From: Octopus bimaculoides
Lineage: Eukaryota
Assembly: GCF_001194135.2 (NCBI RefSeq)
Contig: NC_068984.1
Location: 145,475,638 to 145,539,637, forward strand
Length of the DNA: 64,000 bases
Reading direction: 5' to 3'
Shown: positions 55,274 through 64,000 of the stretch, piece by piece
How the letters are laid out: each line of letters opens with the position of its first letter
Position numbering within the stretch: position 1 is the stretch's first letter
Program-made: the position numbers and the translations under genes
Notes under the pieces: generated by a model
What the model was told of the DNA's origin: nothing
Seen by the model: the letters and a program-made list of their open reading frames with translations, nothing else
Database searches by the model: none

Positions 55274-55521
55274 CAAAAAGAAATGCGGTCTTTGGGGTAG
55301 TTGAGGATTTCCAACTGACCGAGAACCCAAGGTAAGGCGTGTCCTTCGTTGCGCACAGCTAACGCTATCAAAACTGTCGGAGGGAGCTTCGACTCCGCAT
55401 TGTTCGTAGAATTATTGTTCAATATATTATCACTATATACAACTAGAAAATTCGAAATAAATACAGCAAAACATAGTAATGTTTGCGGGAGGTAGCTCCA
55501 CGTCAACTTAGACGCAGCCAT
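55274..55521 (-). CDS. COLGALT1: First coding exon of a procollagen galactosyltransferase (COLGALT/GLT25D, glycosyltransferase family 25)
   Basis: ORF MAASKLTWSYLPQTLLCFAVFISNFLVVYS-DNILNNNSTNNAESKL-PPTVLIALAVRNEGHALPWVLGQLEILNYPKDRISFW. It has a hydrophobic N-terminal signal/anchor followed by PTVLIA..RN..HALP..LG.LE.L.YPK.RI.FW, matching the N-terminus of the COLGALT family. The frame ends at TG|GTAAGT (donor = plus-strand ACTTAC 55268-55273, phase 2). The symbol denotes the family (COLGALT1/2, CERCAM); exact orthology untested. Confidence 0.88.
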
Positions 55522-55830
55522 GTTGCCAGGCGAACAACACTAACTTCGACACTAAAGAGTTCTGCTGCTGTTTTTACTGAAGCAGTCGACTTTTCTGCCA
55601 GCTCCACGCCCCCACCAAACTCCTCCTCCTCCTTCCTCCTCCTTCCTCCAGCTGTTATCTGCCTCCACCTTAAGCTCCCGTTCTTCGATGTTGGGGAGTG
55701 GTGGTGGTGGTGGTGGTGGTGGTGGTGGTGGAGGATAAGATTGGTCTGTCTTAAGAGATTTTTATATCTCTTCTCTTCAAAGTGAGTGTGTAGAAGTGTG
55801 CACTCGATCTTTCTCTCACATTAGGGTGTG
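55522..55830 (-). promoter_or_regulatory. Probable 5' UTR / promoter of the COLGALT-like gene
   Basis: CpG-retaining unique sequence with (CCA)n and (GGA)n tracts directly upstream of the ATG. The TSS cannot be placed from sequence alone. Confidence 0.45.
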
Positions 55831-56231
55831 TATGTAGAGCAACATTTATGTGCGTGTGTACGTATAAGTGCATATATGTATGTGTATATGTTTGAGTGTA
55901 CATATATGTGTGTATGCTTCTTTATACATGTGTGGTTATATATATATGTATAATTATGTGTGTGTGTATGTATCATCATAATCCTCACTGTCATTTATAT
56001 ATGTACGTATGTATGTATGTATGTATGTATGTGTGTGTGTATATACATATATACACCCATATACACATATATATCATCATCATCATTATCATCATCATCA
56101 TTTAACGCCCGTTTTCCATGCTGGCATGGGTTGGACGGTTTGACAGGATAAACCAACGAAAGGGTTGTTCAGGCTCCCACAACCACACATACATGTATGC
56201 ATGCGTGTGTATATATAGATTTTATATACAT

Positions 56232-56333
56232 AGGCGCTGTGTGGCTATGTGGTAAGAAGCTTGCTTACCAACCACATGGTTCCGGGTTCAGTCCCACTGC
56301 GTGGCACCTTGGGCAAGTGTCTTNNNNNNNNNN

Positions 56334-56401
<68 letters not shown>

Positions 56402-56624
56402 TTGTGTGTTTGTGTGTTTGTGTCTATGTTTGTCCCTCCACCATCACTTGACAACTGATGTTGGCGTGTTTACGTCCTCGTAACACAGCTGTTCGGCAAA
56501 GGAGACCGATAGAATAAGTACTAGGCTTACAAAGAATAAGTCCAGTGGTTGATTTCTTCGACTAAAAGGCGGTGCTCCAGCATGGCCACAATCAAAATGA
56601 CTGAAACAAGTAAAAGCATAAAAG
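56232..56624 (+). mobile_element. tRNA-derived SINE (family A)
   Basis: GGCTATGTGGTAAGAAGCTTGCTTACCAACCACATGGTTCCGGGTTCAGTCCCACTGCG...ATGACTGAAACAAGTAAAAG. Confidence 0.85.
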
Positions 56625-57586
56625 AATTCACCACTGGGATACACAGATGCACACCTTCTGAGCACCTGAAACTACGGAATTGGAAGTGTTTGTTGCAAAT
56701 GGGAAGAATACCAAAGCTACTGCAACACCATTTTACCCTAAGAGGAGGAGAATCTATCAAATATACAATATAAGTATGTGCAGGCATAGGCATAGCTGGG
56801 TGGTAAGAAGTTTGCTTCTCAACCATATGGTTTAAGGTTCAGTCCCAGAATGTGGCACTTTGGGAAAATGCTTTTTATGACAGCCCTGAGCTGGCCAAAA
56901 CTTTGTAAGTGGATTTGGTAGATGGAAACTAAAAGAAGCCCTCAAATATGTATATATGTATATGTGTGTGTAAATGAGTGAGTCACCATCTCCTTGCCTT
57001 GATTTCATGCAATGGTTATATAAGGGGTACCACTAGACACAATGCTAGACTAGCATAAGGGGTGGTTTTGAAATTAAGACAGAGATGCTTTCACAGCAGA
57101 CTCACTCTCTCCCCCCTCACACAATATACTCAGTGGTAAGATAAGCCAATAACACAGCTAACACAGGATTATCTCAACCTAAGCAGGAGAACCACCATTT
57201 ATCCACCACACAGTATTACTACTCCCTAGACACAGATGTTAAACTAGTGCAGCACTGATGGTACTTAATGGTCACAGATGTGTGTTACCTCCTGCAACCT
57301 CAAGAACAAAAAAAAAGTCATGAGATTTCAGAAGGCTGCAAAAGCTAATGAAAGGATCTCCATATCTCTCAGTACAATAAACCTTGGTTTGTGTCCAGGC
57401 CAAAAGATATCATTCCAAATGTTTGCCCTGCATTTTCTGCCCAACACGATGATGTGCTACTACCGGTTGCTCTACCAGCTGTTGCTCTTTCTTTGGACAA
57501 CTGCTGACAACTTCAAAGCGGTGGAGATGACGATCATATATTGCTTCCAAGTTTCTTTTGAATTAATGAACACAGGCCACTAAACA

Positions 57587-57628
<42 letters not shown>

Positions 57629-58129
57629 TACATACATATAGACATTTACATGCCCACATAAATACATATATTCATATATATAAGTGCTTTGCTGCTTCCA
57701 TTTCTCCAATCTTTCCAAAGGTAGTGCTCCAGCATGGCCACAGTCAATTGATTGAAACAAGTAAAAGAATAAAATAATAAAGGGAATTAAATACAGCGTG
57801 CAAGAGAGAAGAAGACTGCACTAGTTTGGTCATGTGATGTGTATGGATGGGGACAGTTGCATAAAGAAGGGCCAATCCCTTAAAGTGAATAGAAAAGCAT
57901 GGAAGAGAGAGATCCAGAAAGACATGGCACAAAGTACCGAAGGTCAATCTCAAGACTGAGCTTTATGAAGGAGATGACAAAAGACCAGGATATTTGATAC
58001 CTTGTTGTACTCACGGTCCCCAATGCTCAACTGACACTTATTCCATCGACCATGAAAGGATGAAAGGCAAAGGTGATCTCGGTGGAATTTGAACTTAGAA
58101 TGTAAAGGTAAACGAAATGCTGCTGAGCT

Positions 58130-58750
58130 ATTTACTTAACAATCCTAACATCAAAGTAAACACATACACACATACACATACATTTATAGATATATATACA
58201 CACACATACACATTCTCGCATACACATACACACATGTACGTACACACATGTACGTACACACATACACATACTCACATACACACATACACATTCAGACATA
58301 CAAGTACACAGACACGTACATACATACACACATACATATAGACATACACACATATACATACACACACGAATACACACATACACACACATACACGTNNNNN
58401 NNNNNATACACATACACACATGTACGTACACACATGTACGTACACACATACACATACTCACATACACACATACACATTCAGACATACAAGTACACAGACA
58501 CGTACATACATACACACATACATATAGACATACACACATATACATACACACACGAATACACACATACACACACATACACGTGCACATACACACATACATA
58601 TACAGACATACACACTTACACATGCATGTACACACATACACGTACACACATACAGATACACACATACACGTATGTACATAAACGCACACATACACACATG
58701 CATACATACATGCATGCACACATACATACATACATACATACATACATACA
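58130..58750. repeat. Complex (CA/TA)n microsatellite tract
   Basis: Directly visible; contains an N gap at 58396-58405. Confidence 0.9.
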
Positions 58751-58805
58751 CGTAAACCTACGTAGTAGATATACAAATATAGCAAATTTAACTTTTTCCG
58801 AAGAT

Positions 58806-58856
58806 GAACAACTTCAATCGATTTTCGAAACTTATTGCATTCTCATCAGTGACGTC
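58806..58856 (-). ncRNA. Minimal type I hammerhead motif, copy B1
   Basis: Minus strand GACGTCA-CTGATGA-GAAT-gcaataag-TTTC-GAAA-ATCGAT-TG-AAGTTGTTC. CUGAUGA and GAAA are intact and stem II closes with G-C; position 17 is G and stem I is weakened. Confidence 0.7.
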
Positions 58857-58989
58857 TTACATATCTTGACCGATCCCAGATAAACACTCAGCTAATCTCT
58901 TTCTATACACAACAAATCCAGTAGCTTCAGAGAACAGGAGGGACTAATTAGTATATTATAAGTGTTTCACCCTTTATTTGATAGCTGCC

Positions 58990-59203
58990 AAGGCAGCGAG
59001 CTGGCAGAGTCGTTAGCACGCAGGACGAAATGCTTAGTGATAGTTCGCCCGTCGCTACGTTCTGAGTTCAAATTCCGCCGAGGTCGACTTTGCCTTTCAT
59101 CCTTTCGAGGTTGATAAAATAAATACCAGTGAAACACTGATATAATCGACTAGTCCCCCCCTCCCCACAAAATTTCAGGCCTTGTGCCTATAGCAGAAAG
59201 GAT
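58990..59203 (+). mobile_element. SINE (family B, MetaSINE-like central domain) inserted in the retrozyme-like repeat
   Basis: AAGGCAGCGAGCTGGCAGAGTCGTTAGC...GAGTTCAAATTCCGCCGAGGTCGACTTTGCCTTTCATCCTTTCGAGGTTGATAAAATAAATACCAG. The same family occurs at about 10405-10600, 15180-15380, 35290-35500(-), 45770-45940(-), 53730-53940, 57990-58130(-) and 62868-63070. The MetaSINE assignment is from memory and needs a library search. Confidence 0.85.
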
Positions 59204-59273
59204 TAAATACCAGCAGCCAAGGAGATCTCAACTCACACAACATCAAGGTATGGTTATGCTGTGAAAAACTAAT

Positions 59274-59327
59274 GAACGGCCTTAATCGATTTTCGGACCT
59301 TATCGAATTTTCATCAGAGGTGTCTGC
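59274..59327 (-). ncRNA. Minimal type I hammerhead motif, copy B2
   Basis: Minus strand GACACCT-CTGATGA-AAAT-tcgataag-GTCC-GAAA-ATCGAT-TA-AGGCCGTTC. Core and UA cleavage site are intact, stem I is CCT/AGG, stem II is weakened. Confidence 0.7.
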
Positions 59328-59396
59328 ATCACTTGACCAAAGTGTGTACTCGCTCTATCCTCACTCAACAGTAACTGTCGTCATCGTAACTGTTGT

Positions 59397-59441
<45 letters not shown>

Positions 59442-59732
59442 CGACGACGATGACGATGATGATGGTGATATGATGACAGAAAAATAATGTTCATATTTTA
59501 AAAATTAAACAGGAAGAAAATGGAAGAAAATAATCTAACAAATAAAGCGAAAAAATCTCTTGCAAAGAATGAAATGTATTTTATTGGTTAAAAGTTAAAT
59601 AAAACGGATTCATATCAGGGCCTTGCCCAGATGCTGCTATAAAACGATATCAATAGTTTTATTGCTGGTGCTGTATACTAAAAAGTATTATGTTAAGAGG
59701 AAGTGCAGAAAGTGTGCTAAAATACATACGTA

Positions 59733-59779
<47 letters not shown>

Positions 59780-59783
<4 letters not shown>

Positions 59784-59933
59784 TTCCAACCACAAGGTTC
59801 CAGGTTCAGTCCCACTGTGTGACATCATGGGCAAGTGCCTTCTGATATAGTCTCGGGCCGACCAAAGCGTTGGGAGTAGATTCGGTAGACGGAAACTGAA
59901 AGAAGCCTGTCGTATAAATAAATGTGTGTGTGT

Positions 59934-59997
<64 letters not shown>

Positions 59998-60180
59998 CAA
60001 CACTGCTTGACAACAGGTGTTGATGTATTTCTGTTCTCGTAACTTAGCGGTTCAGCAAAAGTGAAAAAGTGACTACCAGAATAAGTACTAGAAAATAAAT
60101 ACTGGGGTCGATTCATTCGACTGAAATTCTCCAAGACATTGCCCCAACATGGCCGCAGTCTAATGACTGAAACAAGTAAA
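59780..60180 (+). mobile_element. tRNA-derived SINE (family A)
   Basis: Family A head, (TG)n and tail. Confidence 0.75.
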
Positions 60181-60384
60181 ATATCCAAGATATATATTAA
60201 TAGATTTACATACTGGTGGATGTAAACATTTATCCGCACTTTCGCCAAAACTTTACTTAGGTCGACCTTCAGCGCCTTCAGTGCTCGCGTGCTAAAAAGT
60301 GTTACACTTGTGGTTACGTAACCAGGGTTTGACCTAGATCGCTCCGGGTTTCCTTCTCGTGTTATTGAGTAAACATAGCCGTTC

Positions 60385-61255
60385 TGCTGGCTGTGTGCAC
60401 CGAGGAAGAAGAGAGATCAGTAATCCGATTTCTCTAGTCTGAAGGCGTGTCGGGAGCTGAAACTCATCGCAGGCTCTCGGTTTATTAGGGAGACAGCGAT
60501 CTACCGTGTAGAAGTGTGTGGGGTGGATTGAGAAGCTTAAAACGAGACGGACAAGCGTGAAGCACGAAGAGGGAGCAGGACGCCCATCAACTTACACAAC
60601 TGACGTGAGGATTCAACAAGGTCGGGAGATGGTTCTTGCGAACCGACGAGTGACCCTCGATGAAGTAATTGGTTCTTTTCAAATTAGTCGTTGTCACTAT
60701 ACGAAATCATCCACAACAAGCTTCGCTTCCGTAAAGTTTGTACGAAATGGTTACCAACAGACCTTACCGAAGCGCATGCGCACAACGTTTACTCGACCGC
60801 AACAACGATTAAGACGAAGCTTTTTTTTTTTTTTTTTTTGAGAATATAGTCATAGATGAGACCTAGAGCCATCAGTTGGAGCCAGAATCCAAAGGGCAGC
60901 GAAAAAGGAATTCAGGACTCAATCTTCAGAAGAAAAAGTAATGCGAACCGTTTTGAGGGATGCAAAAGGGAACATTACTTGAAAAAGGGATCTACAGTGA
61001 CCAGTGTAGGCTACAGAGAGATGCTGACCAATGAACAGAAACCAGCAATTCTCAGCCAACGCCGAGGTCTATCGTCAAATCAAGTGCTATCGTTGCACGA
61101 CCAGACATAGCCACCTGCACCGATGAAACTGTTGAAAGCTGGGCTTCGAGTTGCCGAAACACCGAGCATACAACCACGCCTTCCAACTGTCGCCACTTTG
61201 GACCGATCAAACATTCTTTGCGGGGTCGTCAATTTGCTAAGGACGAATAATTTGA
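60385..61255 (+). mobile_element. Decayed near-complete mariner transposase (Hsmar2/irritans-like)
   Basis: EERSVIRFL*SEGVSGAETHRRL...WIEKLKTRRTSVKHEEGAGRPST...RIVIDET*SHQLEPESK...VLSLHDQT...HFGPIKHSLRGRQF, with many stops and frameshifts. Confidence 0.88.
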
Positions 61256-61282
61256 ATTTTGTTAATTATATTTCAAAATCTT

Positions 61283-61463
61283 AGGCGTGGCTGTGTCGTA
61301 AGAAGTGTGCTTCCCACCACATGATTCTGGGTTCAGTCCCACTGCGTGGACCTTGGGAAAGTACCTTCTACCATAACCTCGAGCCGAGCAAAGCCTTGTG
61401 AGTGGATTTGGTGGAGGAAAATTGAAAGAAGCTTGTTATGTGTGTGTGAGTGCGTATGTACGT

Positions 61464-61500
<37 letters not shown>

Positions 61501-61717
61501 TGTCTGTCTGTCTGTGTTTATCACCTACCACCACTTGAAAACGGTGTTGGTTTCTTTATGCTCCCTTAACTTAGCGGTCCGGAAATGGAAATCGATAGAA
61601 TAAGTATCAGGTTGAAAAAAAAGTACTGTGGTCGACTCTTACGACTAAAAATTCTTCAAGGCGGTGCCCCAGCATGGCCGCAGTCTAATGACTGAAACAA
61701 GTAAAAGAATAAAAGAT
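61283..61717 (+). mobile_element. tRNA-derived SINE (family A), at the 3' end of the mariner remnant
   Basis: AGGCGTGGCTGTGTCGTAAGAAG...ATGACTGAAACAAGTAAAAGAATAAAAG. Confidence 0.85.
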
Positions 61718-62140
61718 TTCTAAAATGTTAAACAGAATGACACGAACGTTTCGGAAGCGAGCTTTTGCGTTGCGTGTGAGCGTATTCGCTGCTTGACAAA
61801 TACATACAAAAAGAAAATGCCTATGTTGAACTATTGAGGAATCTACAGCTACCCTACGTAGATTGCAAGTTCAGGTTTATACCTGTAATTATTGGGGCAG
61901 ATATGTAGCACACTGCCGAAATACCAATCTTGAGAAATTAGGCTTCTCTAAACCAGAAAGAATAAAGCTAATTCGAAGACTACAGATCCAATCCATCACT
62001 GGAACTGTAAAAATCTGTAAAACTTTGCAGAAGTTTATCATTTAAATATATATGAGCTTGTCTAGATATGTAACTATATGCATGAGAATACAAACATAAA
62101 ACAAAACATACAAATCTGCACGTATACATACATACATACA

Positions 62141-62171
<31 letters not shown>

Positions 62172-62249
62172 TGTCTGTCTGTGTATTTGTGTGCGTGTAC
62201 ATTTATACATACGCACACGCATTTATCTGAATTAAGCATCAGTCTACGC

Positions 62250-62561
62250 CAGTGGTTCTCAAGCCCTGAGGTCCACATATGATTTTCTGGCTGTCATCAT
62301 ATACACAATCGAAAATTGGTTCCACGGTTTCATTTTAAGGGTCTATGGAAACATTTTGCTTCAGGTGTATTTATTGCAAGAAACGTTTCTTTGCCGTTTT
62401 ATCGAGTTCAACCTACACAGGTTAATGCATGAAAAGCGAAACACAGATTTTGAAAGATGCACCACAAAACTAGTTTTTAAACAACGTATGGCAATGGCGT
62501 CCATCAGAGTAAAACAGTAATCGATGGAGTCCATAGATAGAAAAACGGCTGGGAAACACTG
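62250..62561. mobile_element. Complete hAT-family MITE with perfect 8-bp TSD
   Basis: Left TIR CAGTGGTTCTCAA; right TIR reverse complement CAGTGTTTCCCAG. GTCTACGC is duplicated at 62242-62249 and 62562-62569. Confidence 0.85.
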
Positions 62562-62724
62562 GTCTACGCCAGTGCTTCTCAAACTATCTGATGTGGCGTG
62601 CCGGCAGTTTTTTGCTTCCAATGTGCCAGGGACCGGTTTAATATTTCTTAGTAATATTGATTTATACCGGAAACAATATATATAATCACAAAAACCGTTA
62701 GATTCACTTCAACATTTGAATTTA

Positions 62725-62830
62725 ATTTGCCAAAATATTTTCGTCGCTTTGTGACCGCGACCTGTTCACTGACAAAATTCCGTTAGTGAACAGGTCACGG
62801 TCTCAAAGTGACGAAAATATTTTGGCAAAT
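62725..62830. repeat. 106-bp palindrome (probable MITE)
   Basis: 49-bp arms (62725-62773 and 62782-62830) with 4 mismatches and an 8-nt spacer. Confidence 0.9.
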
Positions 62831-62867
62831 AGGACTTATTCCCGCTGGTGATAATGGTAATGTACAT

Positions 62868-63070
62868 AAGGCGGCGAGCTGGAAGAAGCGTTAGCATGCC
62901 GGACAAAATGCTTTGCGGCATTTCTTCCGTCTTTATGTTCTGAGTTCAAATTTCGCCGATGTCAGCTTGCCTTTCATCCTTTCGGGGTTGATAAAATAAG
63001 TACCAGCTGAGTGTGTGGGGTCGATGTAATTAATCGACTTACCTCCCACTTCGAAAGTGCTGGCCTTGTG
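62868..63070 (+). mobile_element. SINE (family B)
   Basis: AAGGCGGCGAGCTGG head plus family B core. Confidence 0.8.
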
Positions 63071-63499
63071 ACAACATTTGAAATCATCATCATCATCATT
63101 ATTATTATTATTATTATTATTATTGTTATTGTTATTATTCTATACATTTATCATATGTATTCGTATGCATATAAGTCTAAGTTCGTATTTATTTATATGT
63201 AAGGCGGTGACTTAGCCTTTTATTCTTTCGGGGTCGATTAAATAAGTACCAGTTGAGTAATGGAGTCGATGTAATCGACTTAATCCCTTTGTTTATCCCA
63301 TCTATGTTTAGACCCTTGTGGACAATAAAGAAATATGTATTCATATGTGAATACTATCTCGTGTAACAGGCTACAAGTCGGTTAAGACTAAAACCCTTTT
63401 CTAACTCACACACTACACCGTTTCACTTCTTAATTCTAAACTGGATTCGATATTACCATACTTTTGCTGACAACAGTAACAAACAATCGTTCAGAATAT

Positions 63500-63915
63500 T
63501 GTAAATCTCTTTTTTGAGTCCTCAACCGCTGAAGGGATCGAAGAAGCACCGTTGTGACACAGGATCATCTTAACAGCATTACAGCCCTTCCCCTTCTGGG
63601 CAAAATAGTTCACAAGATCCCTACCACACACAGTCACACATACATTGGTTAGCAACGGGCCACCAAGGGGCAACTGCCTATTGTGCCTATGCCTTTAGAG
63701 AAACTGGTCTTGGCTGGGTATTTTAAACTGGTCGCACCACATCTCTTCTCGAGATCTAAATACAACCGATTTCTGCCAGAGAATAACGGAATCGCTCCCT
63801 AAGACTATCGGCCACGAAATGTAGGATTGACCCTGGTTGGATTCGATCTCATACCACTGGAAAACCAGAATACTGCAATGTATTCTACTCGACGCCATAG
63901 CAACTCTTCCAGCTC
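63500..63915 (-). mobile_element. Possible additional tRNA-headed SINE
   Basis: Minus-strand head GCTATGGCGTCGAGTAG...GAGATCGAATCC is B-box-like. No second copy recognised in the window. Confidence 0.3.
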
Positions 63916-64000
63916 ACCACCATTCAATAATTCTTTTCTACTCTAGGCACAAGGTCCGAAATTTTGGTGGGAGGCGGGGGTGGAAGTTGTTTAGATCGAC

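Larger units (their letters stand above)
58780..59350 (-). mobile_element. Head-to-tail hammerhead-containing repeat (retrozyme-like), interrupted by a SINE
   Basis: Two hammerhead cores lie 468 bp apart. Sequence on both sides of the 58978-59203 insertion aligns colinearly with the solo unit at 24460-24730. Confidence 0.65.

Noticed and set aside
58230-58580. ~165-bp exact duplication on both sides of a 10-N gap
   Set aside because: Identical copies flanking a small gap are the usual signature of an unmerged contig overlap.
21880-61717. tRNA-like A/B-box sequences as tRNA genes
   Set aside because: No complete cloverleaf and each continues into a SINE body; they are SINE heads.
4149-63202. 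Many ORFs rich in YI/CV/HT/poly-D/poly-I
   Set aside because: They are translations of (TA)n, (TG)n, (GAT)n microsatellites or run through N gaps; no domain content.

Overview
AT-rich, microsatellite-dense eukaryotic DNA with ten N-gaps. The SINE, LINE and mariner content looks like a cephalopod, most likely Octopus (inference from repeat families). Nearly all ORFs in the supplied track are spurious translations of microsatellites or SINEs. The only host-gene coding piece I can support is exon 1 of a collagen galactosyltransferase (COLGALT/GLT25D family) on the minus strand (55274-55521, ending at a GTAAGT donor); I found none of its downstream exons. The rest is transposon-derived: several tRNA-derived SINE families, decayed CR1/L2- and RTE-type LINEs, mariner, maT, Tc3-like and Tigger remnants, hAT and mariner MITEs, and a Penelope-like GIY-YIG remnant with an inverted pseudo-LTR. 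The most notable signal is a set of hammerhead ribozyme motifs. A ~240-290 nt non-coding repeat carries a minimal type I hammerhead with a palindromic stem III. It occurs as a head-to-tail pair split by a SINE (58.8-59.35 kb) and as a solo unit (24.45-24.73 kb), an architecture like metazoan non-LTR retrozymes. A separate Penelope hammerhead has a microsatellite-inflated stem II. Every hammerhead copy here has at least one defect, so activity of these copies is not established.
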